A stretch of DNA of 64,000 nucleotides from Camelus dromedarius (Eukaryota): NCBI RefSeq assembly GCF_036321535.1, contig NC_087437.1, positions 7,874,001 to 7,938,000 on the forward strand, in the 5' to 3' direction. Positions 39,058 through 52,088 of the stretch are shown piece by piece. The position numbers and the translations under genes were made by a program. Position 1 is the first letter of the stretch. Every line of letters begins with the position of its first letter. A model generated the notes under the pieces. The model made no database searches. It was given only the letters and a program-made list of their open reading frames with translations, and was not told the DNA's origin.

Positions 39058-41220
39058 AGATAACCCTATTTACACAAGATCATTCTCTATGAAGGAAACA
39101 GAATGACATGTAATAAAATTCCTTTTCAAACTGTAAAGTTCTCCTTGATTAGTATTCTTTAAATGAGTGTTTTTGTTCAAAAACATCAGAATTATTGCTT
39201 ATAGTAAAAAGGTGTTTTTCATTGACACCAGTGATTTATTACTTTATCTAAAAAAAACCTTTAGCATCTGGACTTCTTAACAGGGTTTGTATTCTGTGTA
39301 AGAATGTTGTGGATTGACCCCTGGGTCCTGAATTGACTCCTGGGTCCATAGACCTCTTCTTTGGTTGCCTAAATTTCCTTTAATGGGGAGCAAGTCTTCT
39401 ACTGTTAACAAGTGGAATAGATCTGATTTAACCTGTAGAAGAGCAGGGCTGAAGCGTATCTTTATTTCTTTACTGCAAATCTGATAGGCGGCAGTGACAA
39501 TGAGGCATCTGGCTGGGGTACAAGGTGCATAAGCCGTCGCTGCACAGCTGGAATGTCATTGCTTCCTCTCCTCAAAGAGCCTCCGGAAACCGCATGTCCA
39601 CTCACGCTGGTGAGTGCAGTCACACAGAGCGCAACCAAACTCCGAGCTGAAACCCTCTGACATTGCACACTTTTCTCTCTTACCCTCCTCGCTAGTGTAT
39701 GGATATGACTGTCAATTAAAACATCACCTTGAGATGTCTTTATCACACACACACATCTAGTTAATTAACCTTTCCTCCAAGTGAATTAATCTCTTAACCC
39801 ATCAATATGCTTCTGGCTATTAATTTATTGTCTTCTTTCAATTACCATCAATCTTCATAGTCATGCATAACTCTTAAAAATAGAAAAATAATCTGTCTTA
39901 GGGTCTGCTGGTAGATCAGTGCATCCTTCTTTCTTCCTTCTCGTTCTTGCTTCATGAAACTTCAAAGACCATCAAAAGGGTGCATTCCTATGACATCATA
40001 ACTCATATAGTGCCCACAGAAACCAAAAGACAACAAGAGGTGACCAGGGATGGACATACACACTCTTCTGAGAGTTGAGCATGTGTTAGCAATTGGCATT
40101 TTGAGGCAATACTAACACAGGTGCTCAGAGTGTTGGTAGCTGAGCACTGGTCCAGCCCAGGGGGAGGCAACGCACAGGCTGAACCAAATTGGACCAGGTG
40201 ATGCTGAAACAGATTCTGGTTTAAGATCCTCCAGTTTTGGGGAAAGGAGAGAAAAGTAGGACTAAGGAAAAAATTCAGCGGGTCACTTGTACTCTACTCA
40301 GATGTGACCAAAACTAAAATTGAGAGTCCAAAGAGGCACAGAAATGGATAGTCGAGTCAAGAGTGAGAAACAGCTTGTATAGGAAATATTCAAGTAGCTC
40401 CTCCCCCGACTCACCAAGCTTAAAGAACCAGCTATTAGAGCCCCCAGAGAGAACTGCGTGGCTCCTTCCTCTGATGCTGATTCTGGGCAGGTAATTCACT
40501 TAACTCTGATGTTCAGCAGAGGGGCTGGAGCGAGAGGCGGCCATCAATGAGACAAGAGATGAAAAGTAGCAGAATTGGGGACTGTGCCCCACTCTCTGTG
40601 CCCAGGGTGTCCGCAACTCTGGGGTTGGTGTCAGTGGGTCTCCTAGTGATAAAAAAGAACAGAAATAGACACAAACAGTTTGATTCCTCCATCCAAACCA
40701 GCACTGACACACAGACATTCAAGACAGGAGACACCTTTCTCCTCAGTCTCTCATTAAAACAGACACAGGTTAACTGGGACCCTTGTCCCACTGGAACAAT
40801 TCTGCGTTAAACATGAATTTTTTGAGGCCCTCATATTCTTATGTTTGCTGCTGGAGCCTTCTTTCAGAACCAAACCCTTATTATTCATAAAGCTTGAGAC
40901 TGAACAAAAAAATTCTCTGCCCTTCTTCCTTCCTCGTCTCCCATCCCTTCCGCGATGCCCTCACCCCTCCTCCCCTCAGTTCATCCTCATTCTCTAAGTT
41001 GAAATATCAACCCAAGGGAGCTGGCTCAAATGTGAGAGAAAATATTTCCATCATCCGCTCAGAGACCTCTGCCAAATAGCAAAGTTATTGACCCACAGGA
41101 AGTGTAAATATACTTTGAAAACCATACGCTAAGGGACCTCAGCTTACGTTACTCACTTGGGTCTGCTCAGAACCAGACTGCTCAAAGAGAGGGCTGTGCC
41201 AGAGGCACAGTGTGGTTGCG

Positions 41221-41465
41221 TATTTTTTTTTTAATTGAAGTATAGTTGATTTACAATGTTGTGTTAGTTTCTGATGTACAGCATAGCGATTCAGTTATAC
41301 ATATATACCTTCTCTTTCATGATATGTTACTACAAGATATTGAATACAGTTCCCTGGGCTATATAGTAGGACCTCGTTGTCATTAAAAAAGAATGAAATA
41401 ACTTGCAGCAATATGGATGGACCTAGAGATTATCACACTAAGCGAAGTAAGTCAGACAAAGATCA
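41221..41465. mobile_element. 5'-inverted (twin-primed) short L1 insertion
   Basis: Minus-strand 3' end (41221-41380) fused to plus-strand ORF2 end (41381-41465); gtggttgc repeated at 41212 and 41467. Confidence 0.8.
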
Positions 41466-41682
41466 CGTGGTTGCTTTTTTATTGCCCTAAAGAATATTGG
41501 AAGGGATGACTCATTTGCTGCGATCATTTATTGAAAAACAGTTAAATTTTTTTTAATTTATAGAGAGAAAATTTGACAGTTAGGGGGACTTCAGATTTTT
41601 TTTCCTAAGATACCATCCACATTAGTTTTCAGTAATCACGCAGACTCCTATCTTTCCTACAATGGTCTGTGGACAGAAAAGT

Positions 41683-42221
41683 GCAGAAGGCAGATTCCAA
41701 CATGGCTCCCAAAGGTCCGAATCCCCCAGGGCTCATGCCCTTGTGAGATCTCCTCCCCTTGAGTGTGTGGGACCTAGTGATTCCTTCTAATCAACAGAAT
41801 ACAGTCACAGTGATGCAATATCACTTCCATCATTAGGTAACAAAAGACTGTGACTTCCGTCTTGCTGGTATCTTCGCCCTCGGGTCTTCTCACTTACTTA
41901 CTGTGATGGATGGTTCCTCCCTGCAAGGGACTGGGGGCAGCCTCTGGCCAGTATCCAGCGAGAAACTAAGGCCTTCATCCCACAGAGAACTGAATCTTGC
42001 CAACAATCGCTGAGTGAGCTTGGAAGCGAGTCCTGTCCCAGTTGAACTTGAACTTGTAAGCTCTGCCTATTCCTTGATCACAGCCTTGTAGGAGGCCTGA
42101 AGCTGAGGACCCAGCTGAGCTGTGCTCAGATTCTTGACCTACTGTGATACAATAAACATGTGTTGTTTTATGCCAATAATTTTGGAGATAGTTTGCCATA
42201 CAACAATAGAAAACTAATTCA
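41683..42221 (+). mobile_element. MaLR LTR (MLT1E/F-like)
   Basis: ctcccccttgagtgtg-like motif...gtgagcttggaagc...ends aatagaaaactaattca. Confidence 0.8.
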
Positions 42222-42383
42222 ATAAGAATGGGGGAATATGCCCTTCAATTGATCAGAAGTTCTAACCTCCTTTCTCAATATAAAAGGAGCTACCAAAAAA
42301 CCCAAACACTTCGTGGTCATGGGTTGCTTGGTTAGCATGACACAAGGTAAAAAGGAATTCATTGGCTTTAAAAGCTCTTTCAT

Positions 42384-42568
42384 AGATAAACAACAAGGAT
42401 CTACTGTCGAGCACGGGGAACTATATTCAATTTCTTGTAATAACATATAATGGAAAAGGATCTGAAAAGAAAATATGTGTGTATGTATATGTGTAACTGA
42501 ATCGCTTTGCTGTACACCTGAAACTAACATTGTAAATCAACTCCACTTCAATGAAAATTTGTTAAAAG
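42384..42568 (+). mobile_element. Short young L1 3' end
   Basis: TSD taaa(a/g)gctctttcat at 42369-42383 / 42569-42583. Confidence 0.88.
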
Positions 42569-43249
42569 TAAAGGCTCTTTCATCCCGAGTTGAATGGTTC
42601 TTAGTCTCAAGATTAAAAAAACAACGTTCTCCTCTTTGGACAGGGCAGGAAAGTGCTTGTGAGATTTTTGCCCTTTCATTCTACACAGCCCTTCTCCAGA
42701 GCCTCCAGTTACAATACAGTTGATTAGCTTTCTGCCTCCTGTAGTTAAATTAGAATTCACAACCCTTTGACCACACTGATTGGGTGTGTGGCTTCCAAGT
42801 CTCATGCAGATGGTTCTACTGTCCTTCTAATGTTGATTGTTACCATCTAAGTTTTGTCCCAATGACTACAGTATTATTAGCTCCAGCTTATGCATAAGGA
42901 ACGCTGAGAAAGATCATGTGACGTGTAAGTGGAGGAGCCAAGAATAGAATCCAATCTCAAAGGCTCATCCCTTGAATTACTCAACTTCCTAATACCATTG
43001 CTTCTTGATTCTTTGTGGAAATATAAAATACATTTCAAGACTTGCACACTGAATAGGGCTCACGGCTCCCAGTCCTACCAATTTCTGCACTAACATCCTG
43101 TTCTCAATCCCAACTTCTTGTCTTCAGGGGTTATATAGTCCATTCCTCAGCTTTGAGCTTTCAAAAGTACATTCTGAACTTTTCCCTGGAGTCTTAGAAG
43201 CTTCCCCAAATATTCACTCTTGCCTCCTTGAAAGTCTTAGAAGAGGCAT

Positions 43250-43465
43250 GCACTTTGAAATCTTGCATCCTTGGGTTCCAATTCTGGTTCTACCATTTAC
43301 TAGATATGTGACTTTTGAGAAAATTGCATTAATACCTCTGGTCCTCAGTTTCCTAAGAGTTTCTAAAAAAAAAAGAAAGAAAGAGTCATGTGTGTTTTAA
43401 TAATTAAATGAGATGCTAGCTGTAAAACATCAGCACAGTGTCTGCCACATTGTAGGCACTCATCA
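43250..43465. mobile_element. MIR SINE
   Basis: ctgggttc-like start, cctctggtcctcagtttcc core, attaaatgaga...cagcacagtgtctgccacat. Other MIR cores lie near 4250-4400, 7560-7700, 27320-27550, 33380-33540 and 52470-52610. Confidence 0.75.
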
Positions 43466-46400
43466 AGCTTAACTCTCTCCTACCTGTCTTTTCTATTATC
43501 TCCCCCATAGTCTTTCCTATTTAAATGAAAAGGAGTAGACAATTTTTCTTGGCAAACCAGTTCTTTCTCTACTTTGCCAAACCCAACATCAATTGAGTAC
43601 ATAATTAAAATGTTTAAAAACATATGCATTCTTTCAGGGGTTGATTCTTCCTGTTGTGTTATTTCCTGGTTCATGTTAAAGTTTCTTTCAGCATCATCAT
43701 ACAGTAATAATACTACTCATCATGTTAGATGTCAAGCATCATTTCAATGTTGTTAGGGTGGAGGGATGTTGGTGGTGATGATATAAATCTCAAGTTAATG
43801 TGAATGTTGGTCCCCAGGTAAATCTGCAAATGATCCCATGTGTTCATCTGCCTTTAGGAAGTGTTGTACCCCCCAAAAAATCCCCAAGGTAAGTCCAAAG
43901 ATGACCACCCTCAGAGCATGAATCAGATAATACATGACAAATTTTGTTTCTTGGTGTGTGCTCCCTTCAGAGTCCACTCCTCCCGGCTGCAATTTTAGAT
44001 TGCATGGAGTCAGAAAGGCACTTCCCTCATCTCAGTCCTTCCACTTCAAGCCATGTGATAATCACTCTATGTTTATTTCACAATTTGTTCTTGATTGTGT
44101 TTACTAATTTTTCTGATTAGTTTCTACTCTTTCTCTGTAGGGAAAGACCCCCAGTTTTTGCACGCAACAGGGTTCTGAGTATTAAAATGTGGATGTCTTT
44201 CCATTTTACTGATGCCTGTAGACTGGGATGCAGAACAGGTGCTAGGCTCCCTTGAGAATCAGAAAGGAGCCTGGTAGGCAGTTTGTTGCTGACTTACCTC
44301 CCCACAGACAGGTTTACAGCCCAGTGTAGGACAAACTTTCATCCTTTATCTTCAAGATCTCCAGATTTCTTTTCAATGATTTCTTACCCAGATGAAACAA
44401 ATTTTTATTTCTTACATTCAGTGCAAGGTTTCAAGCTTTAAGTTAAGGGATGTAAGAACTACTGGGATGCACTCTTAACAAAATGTACACATGAAAACGC
44501 AGGCACTGTCTTTCTTTATTCTCTTCCCCATTAATTCATTATGATTTTTTACAACCTGTGTGCAGAGATTGGACTAGGTTCTACTACAATTTTAATATGA
44601 AACAGGAAATTTCAATGAGATACATATGGCAATTCAACCTTCAGGTCTCAGCTCAACTGTCACTTTTTTAGGTTTACACTATTACAGTGTTATTAAGATT
44701 TTCTTTTTTTTTAAAGTTATTCTGTTTTAATAATTAAACGCATAAAACGTTTAACATCTTAAATGCCAGAGTCTTAACCTATAAGTGATTGTAAACCATC
44801 CTAGAAACTGTGTTCAATGCACGTGGATACTTTATTTCCATGAATAAAGATAGTAAGAAACTTAAAAATCAACATCCTTTAAAAATTTCCCAGTCTACCG
44901 TAATGTGTTTTAGGCATGAAGAACTGGCTGGGCATAGTGAAGAAAGAAAGAAAAGAATGAAAGATAATTGAGGGTTTTTTCCCTCTTCTAAATCTCTACG
45001 AGATTTTTCTTTTACAGGATTTAAATTTGAAATGTGTGCTACTTATTTGATTTGTGTCTTCTACTCAGAATGAACTCTTTGAGAGCAGGCCCCTTGTCTA
45101 TTTTGCTCATCAGCATATCTGCAAAGAACATAGAAATGAATAAATGTGTGTTTGATGAGTGAATAAATGAAGGAATGAATGCATAAATGAATAAGGAGCT
45201 GGAATCAGATTTTGTGTGTATGTGATAGGAACTGTGTTCTTAAGAAATCTTGTTGACACCCAGCCAGTCTCTAAATTGTGTTCCCTATTTGAGTCATATT
45301 TATCCCTTCATAGGGTAGTGGATCTTCCAGTAGAATTTAGGGCTGACTTGGAGTTCTTCGAGCCCCCTTGAAATCTGTAACAGTGTAGTTGCTCTGCTAC
45401 ATACCAGCACATCTGAGCTCTTGCTTCCTCAGACTCTCCAGGTTCTAAGAGACCACTATCAACATCCAGAATTCCTAGGCTTCTTAACTAAAAAGCATGA
45501 AATGATATGCACTGGGTTAAAGAATTTCCCCAAAACCTGAAAGAAATTTTTGACCTAGAATTCACCCATACTAGAATACAGAGGAAAGAAATGAAAGAGG
45601 AAAACAAAAGTCAGATGTGAAAAGAGAAGGAAAACAGAAAAGAGCATAGATTTTTTTTTAACAAAACCATTGCACATAAGAAAAATAACAATTTTTATGT
45701 AACTAGTTATAGCATTCTACAATTACCAAAGAATTATAGCATGTGTCTCAAAGCCCAGGTTTTAAAATTGATGAATAGATTGTTGAGATAGTGATTTTAC
45801 CTCTTACAGTTCAATATGTTGCTGTTGGGAACATAGTAAGATACCTGGTGTTTACATTTAATATGTTTCTATCTTTCATCTATCAAGGGAAATTTGAATA
45901 GGGACACTGTGGTTTAGAATACCTCAGAGTTTCTCAGCTGTAGCTTGGTATGCAGATATAATTAGTGGTGGGAGTGGAAATTCCCTGCACAGGGAATTCT
46001 GGCTTTATTGCTATTAAATTTTCTGCACAGAGTTGGGCCAGAAGGTCTTGGAACCACATGTTTCACTTCCTCCTCTGATTCTGTCCCCATTTCTGCTTCT
46101 GCAGAGATTTTCTCCAAGAACAAAACCATATGATATAAATGGCCCCTGTTGCCATAGCAGCTAAAACGTTCAGTCCTACCTTCCTCCTCTCAAAGAGACC
46201 TTAATGCATTCAGTACCTTTCTTGAGGCTAGAACATAAATTAGAAGCGAGGCTAGGATTAGCCTCAGATATTCTCTCAACCACTGAGATAAGCATCTGTG
46301 AGAATTCATTGACTGTGGATCTTCCAAACCATCATCAAATCACTTGCAGCATGAAATAGAATCAACCATATGATTGACTGATGGTTCCGGAGTAGCACCA

Positions 46401-46889
46401 TCTGTCTAGGGGCTCTTCTAAGCGTTCTGTGGCAAGAGAGAACAAAGAACGCTAATTGAGCCTGAACTTTCTATGGCTTAGAAAGTTGGTTACATCTCAA
46501 GTTAGATTTACATGTTTGATTCCCTGCAGTTTAATTTAGCAAGCAATATCCCATTAAGGTTAGCCCCCCTGTGATTGAGTCAGATAATTACTTGCTTATA
46601 CTTGTAAGCTCTCACATCCGTTCCAATTACTTTTGTTTCCTCAATGGATCTACTGTCTTGTTGGTTAGTTTAAAAGAGTAAATCCTAACTGAAAAAGAGA
46701 TAGGATTCTTTCTTTGAAGTGACTACTCTCTGTGTCTCTGTAATAGAAACAGGAAAGACAGGAAGTTCTACAAACATTGTCACATTTATTACTAAGTTTG
46801 CCCATGTCTGTCCATTTCAATGCATGGCTGTCTGAAACTGTAAAAATCAAAGGGAGACAGAGTGCACAAAGGGAAAACAAAAACAGACA

Positions 46890-47290
46890 AAGACATATAC
46901 AAAATTTCACAGCAGCTTTATTCATGATAGGTTCGAATTGGAAACGACTCAACTGTCCATCATCAGGGGATGGACAAAATGCTACTCAGCAATAAAAAGA
47001 AATGATTTACTAATACATGCAACAATGTGGATGACTCTCAAAAACAGTACACTGAATGGAGATGCATACTGTATGATTATATTTATATGAAACTCTAGAA
47101 AAGAGGAATTGAATTTACAATGACAAAAAGCAGATCTTAAAGAAAGGAACACTAGGAACATTCGTGGGGTGATAAAAATGTTCCATGCGTTGATAGTAGG
47201 TGTGCTCATGTGGGTGTATAAATTTATCAAACGTATTAGAAAACTTAAAATGATAGCATTTTATTGAATGTAAATTATATTCAATAAACA
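46890..47290 (+). mobile_element. Old L1 3' fragment
   Basis: FTAALFMI peptide, actactcagcaataaaaagaaatga-like motif, ends tattcaataaa. Confidence 0.75.
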
Positions 47291-47434
47291 TGACACATAC
47301 ATAGTCTTCATTTCTTACTACCAAGCCCTTGTCAACATGGAGGCTGTCTTTTCCCTTGACCTTCACTTTCAAATAGAGGAACAGATTCAACATAAAAATA
47401 TTGTCATATTTCCTTAGATTAGATGCCATATATC

Positions 47435-47875
47435 TGTAGTAAACTGTATAATATCCCTAAAGATACCAAGTCCTAATCCTGGGAACCTGTAAATGAAAAA
47501 ATTGTCTTTGCGGTTGTGGTGAAGTTAAGGGCCTTGTTCTGGACTAGGATCTGAAGTGCTACCAAAAGAGTTCTTAAAAGAGAGAGAGAGAAAGGGAGAT
47601 TTCACATACAGAGAAGGCAATGTGAAGACAGAGACAGAGATTGGAGTAACAGAGCTGTAAGTCAAGGAATGCCGGCAGCCGCCAGAAGCTAGAAGAGATA
47701 AGAAAGGAATCCTTCCGTTGAGCTTCCAGAAAAAGCACAGCCCGGCTTGATTTGGCCCCTGTGACACTGATTTTGGACTTCTGGTTCCAGGACAGTGTGA
47801 GAAGGAATTTCTATTGTTTTAAGCCACAAAATTTGCAGTAACATATTACAGCTGCCACAGGAAAATTAATATAAT
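47435..47875 (+). mobile_element. MaLR LTR (MLT1B/C-like)
   Basis: gtcctaatcctgggaacctgtaaatg...gaaggcaatgtgaagacagag...ttgttttaagccac...acagctgccacaggaaa. Confidence 0.82.
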
Positions 47876-50800
47876 CATTTTTATAGAATCTTCATCACTT
47901 AGCAGTTTTAAAATTCCATCCAATCAGAAAAGGATTTAATGAGTGAATATCATCAACAAGACTTTCAGGGAGAACTGAACTCTAGTCACTGACAATCAAA
48001 GGGAGGAAACATGCCAGAACACAGGGCTGAAGAGGAAAGAACTGTAACAGAGGCTACGTGGGCGATGGGAAAACAGAGGAGGAAGAGATGATTCCCGACC
48101 CACAGACCAGAGAATGCTTCTGGAAAAAGCTGCCCTCAAAGCTGATATTGACAATTGACAAGACTTCAGCAAAAGTTGACAGGAAGCCTGAATGTATTTG
48201 AGAGTCATCTGCACAAGTTCATTCATGACTGACCCTCCTTGGGACTCCTGAAATTTGCTAGCTTGTAGTTCACCTAATGCCCATGAAAGCACAGTGGCTC
48301 TCTCACTCAAAATGGAAAACGTGTAAAATGGATGCTGTTCTTATACCTTGACATTAGTCTTAACCAGTGCGTCCTCCTCTGTAGGAAACGTTCTAATGCT
48401 CACATGAATGTGGAAAATATAGCTTCTCTTGGCACTAACCTTTTAAATGTATCTAACGGCAGGAGTCTGAGGTTTTGTAGTTGATTTATAGCTTTCCCAA
48501 TATCTCAGAGACTCATTTGTGCAAAAGGTATAATCCACACACAATGTTGTAAGAACAAGTGAAGAAACACAAGAATGTCTGAAGTGTGTTGTCTCAGAAG
48601 ATGCGTAGGGACTGGTGACCAAGAGCAGCATTTTACAAAAATAAAAAATAGGTTCCAGGATTAAGAGCTTAGTAACCTATAAAATTCTCCTTAGTTTTCA
48701 CCAAGTCCCTACACTCTCCCTCCATATACACACATATTATTAATAATATGTCAATATGATCAATACAAGGCGTGAAAGCACATTACAATAATGAAAGCAG
48801 CTTATTGCTGGAGATGGACTATCGAGCTTGTTAGCAGAGAAAGAATAGAGAAACCAGAATTACACACAAATATAATAGAAGTTTGGTATATCAAAAAGGT
48901 AATATTTCATATCAATGGCAATAAATGGTATGAAAAAACTAGCATTAAAATATAAGCTGGACTCTAATTCACCTCTTGCACTAAAACATAAATTCCAGAA
49001 GATCAAAGATTTAGGTATTTAAAAATGAAACAATCAAAGTGCCAAAAGAACAAAGGCACAAACACATGTATAAAAATCTTTGAGTGTAGAGTTCCTTTCC
49101 AATCAGGAAACAAAACCTAGTACCATAAAGGAAAAAAGATTGAAAATGTAAATTTAAAAGACTGAGAAATCTGATTATATAAAAATGAAAATATTTGTAC
49201 CAGAAAAAAATACTTGAAACCAAGTCAACAGTCTGGAGAAAAACATATGCAATCAAGGACAAAATGATAATTTCCTTGGTATGTGAAAAAACTTATATAT
49301 TAATTAAAATATAAGCTCAGTTATCCCATGGAAAAAAATTTATAAAGGACAAGGATAAATGGTTCACAGGGTGAATAAAACATCTATCAATGGTATACTA
49401 AATTGGTATCACCTTCTTAAAGGCCAATTTGGCAACATCTGTCAAGTTTTCCAGTGCATATATAATCTGATGGAGATTTCCACTTCTAGAAACTTATTCT
49501 ACAAATATTCTCAACCAAGTGCCCACAAATATTTAAGAATATGTTTTATATATGGCAGCATTGTGATATCCTAATGGCATATAAAATTGTTCAATCAAAT
49601 TTTTCCATTAAGATGAGAGCCTGAATTATGAGTATCACCCTCACTCTGTAAAAAGAGCTATCAACTTATGAAAAGATTTTTGTTATTATTATTATATGTT
49701 GAAAATATCTGTATGGGAGAAAAGGTGCCAAGAATATGTTAGGGAGAGAGAGAAGCAATCCATGGTTACAAAGTCATGTGTGTTATTTTGTTTCAAAGAG
49801 AAGGGCAATAGAGTTTCAAAAAATATGTAATACTATACTCTACTATCATATCTTCTGGGATAGATACCTTCTAGGACTACACCTATGCTGAAACCCATTA
49901 AAATTGGTCATCACCATTTCCTAAGGTTTCCAGTTAATCATTTTAAAAACATCTCTCACTTCACTGTCAATAAGTGAGAAACAGTCATGCAGCAGAAGTT
50001 TTGAGGTGAGGATGTGTCCTCAAATGTTTTAGCCTCTTGTAGCAGAATACTCATCTTCCAGGTTACTAACAACAAAGGAGATCACAAAAGTAGTCTAACC
50101 TGAGATGAAGGCAAATGATACAGGGATCACTTCATAACTCACTGAAAAGAAATGTCACTCCCAACTGTCAAAAAAAAAATAGCTTTTATAAATTTTCAGA
50201 ATTAAAACTATGTGATACATTCCAGACAAGACTTCAAACAGATTGGTGAAGTTTTGCTAAGCATACAGAGTCACCTATGGAAAGCTACATGAGAAAAGAA
50301 AAATCTTTGGTTAGCTTTCCCTTGTGGTAAGTAACTCGGGGATGGAAGTTTTTGTTCAACTTTCTAGCTGGAAATCTTGTTAAAATAACCACCAAGGGCT
50401 TTAAAATTCATCAGCACACAGATGAACCCCTTGTCAGTAAACGGAAAGATTTTATCCCCTAGGATTTGTAATTTAGGCCAATAAAAGAGTTGAGAACAGA
50501 TTGTTTCAACATAACTATCCTCATGGTGAAGGCACAACCTTAAGAGTTAATCTCAGGTGACTGCAGGGACAATTCCAGCCATAAATAAGAGGCATCAGAT
50601 TCTGGGATTTGCTGCCAATTTCTCTCTGATCATCACCCTGGCTTCTGAAATAACAGAGCCAACACCTGTCCCTAGTTTTAGAAAAATGTATTTGCCCAAA
50701 CATACAGAACTGTAATGATGAAAAAAATGCTAAATATAAAACACCATTTTAATGTACCACTATGACCACCTTCTTTCAAGAGAGTTTCTATTTAATCACA

Positions 50801-51039
50801 CTATTTGCTCTGCAGCAGCTTTGTACATGCTAATACAGATATCACACGAAGTTATAACTCACTCTCTCAACAGGACCAAGAAATCTGAGTACCGTGGGTC
50901 TGAGAACCAGTGACGATTTATCACCGTGACAAGAAAACCCAGAGCAGCCGCTACCCTAGCGCTACTCACACCGTGAAATTCTTTTCACCGCATGACAGAT
51001 AACTCGGTAATTCTGGAGTTAAGTCTATGGTTTACAGAG

Positions 51040-51490
51040 GGCTTGCCTGCGCATGCTCGCCAGCCTGGGTACCACGACCGACCACCGAGACGATTGCACC
51101 GCCTGGAATCCTAGAGCGGACCGGAAGTGAGCTCAGCGCCCGGAGCTTGGCGGGAGTGTGCTGGGGCCTGAAGCTGGCGCGTCTGGAAGCAGCTCCCTGC
51201 GCGGTAAGTGTTACCCCTGGCCCCCTTCTCTGGCTGGGCGTGAGAGGGTCCGAATTCCTCAGAGGTGGAAGCGGCGGCTGAGGGAAGGGTGTCTGCGCGG
51301 CGACCATGGGGGTCTCCTCCTCAGACAGCTCGTGGTGTGGAAAGAGCCCCTCGCCCTCCTCGCCCTTTCCGCCCGGGCCTGTAGGGAGCCGCGCTTTCAG
51401 AGAGACCGCTCTGGTTTCCTCGCCCAGGCTCGAATATCCAGGCTTTATTTAGGTCCAAAGGGGCTTCCATTTTCCGTCTCGCACGTAACC
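51040..51490 (+). promoter_or_regulatory. CpG-island promoter with first non-coding exon
   Basis: Abrupt CpG/GC enrichment; NRF1-like tgcgcatgctcg 51048-51059; ETS/GABPA ACCGGAAGTG 51120-51129; donor GCG|GTAAGT at 51203/51204. Confidence 0.8.
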
Positions 51491-51747
51491 CTGCAGCTTT
51501 AGTGAGTAGTTCTGGGCTCACTATTTCCGGTCTTGTCAGAAGATGGCTTCGCTTTCAGTGGGCTGGCTCAAGTACCTTGACTGTTTGTCACCTATGCAGA
51601 ATGTTTTTGAGCTGCGTCTGTCATTTTTCTGTGTTGACTGTGTTTTCTTATATTGGAAACTTTCCTGACCGAGGGTTGGATGGGGACCTCGAGTAAAACC
51701 ACCCATCTGCCTGGTTGGAGAGAGCCTGCCTCTGGGCTGAGCTAAGA

Positions 51748-52088
51748 ATGGCGGCAGCCCCCAGGGCCCTCCCAGCCTTGGCTGGCCAGGCTTCCGAGGA
51801 ACCAGGGGAGATTATCCAAGTAAAGGTTAAAGAAGAAGGCTATATTTGGGACCGGGAATCCCGGGCCCCAGGAGGCGCTGGGCTAACTCCGGGAACTTTG
51901 CCATCGGTGGTTGAGCCCAGAGAGACACACCAAGGAGCAGAGCCTGGAATTGGTGCTGGAACAGCTGCTGACCTTCCTGCCTGAGGAGCTCCAGGCTTGG
52001 CTCCGGAGCATCATCTTGAGAGTGGAGAGGAGGTGGTGACTGTGCTGGAAGATTTGGAGAGAGACAGCTTGACGAACCTAGACAGCAG
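51748..52088 (+). pseudogene. Disrupted SCAN-domain exon, SCAND3/ZBED9-like
   Basis: Kozak agaATGg; MAAAPRALPALAGQASEEPGEIIQVKVKEEGYIWDRES, then across frames [48 protein letters not shown] / [19 protein letters not shown] / LDEPRQQ, ending at donor CAG|GTGAGA. Lesions: deletion with frameshift at ~51860, TAA 51884-51886, frameshifts at ~52007 and ~52063. Confidence 0.88.

Noticed and set aside
39313..39347. Direct repeat attgac(c/t)cctgggtcc
   Set aside because: A simple two-copy local duplication, not an array and with no spacer structure.
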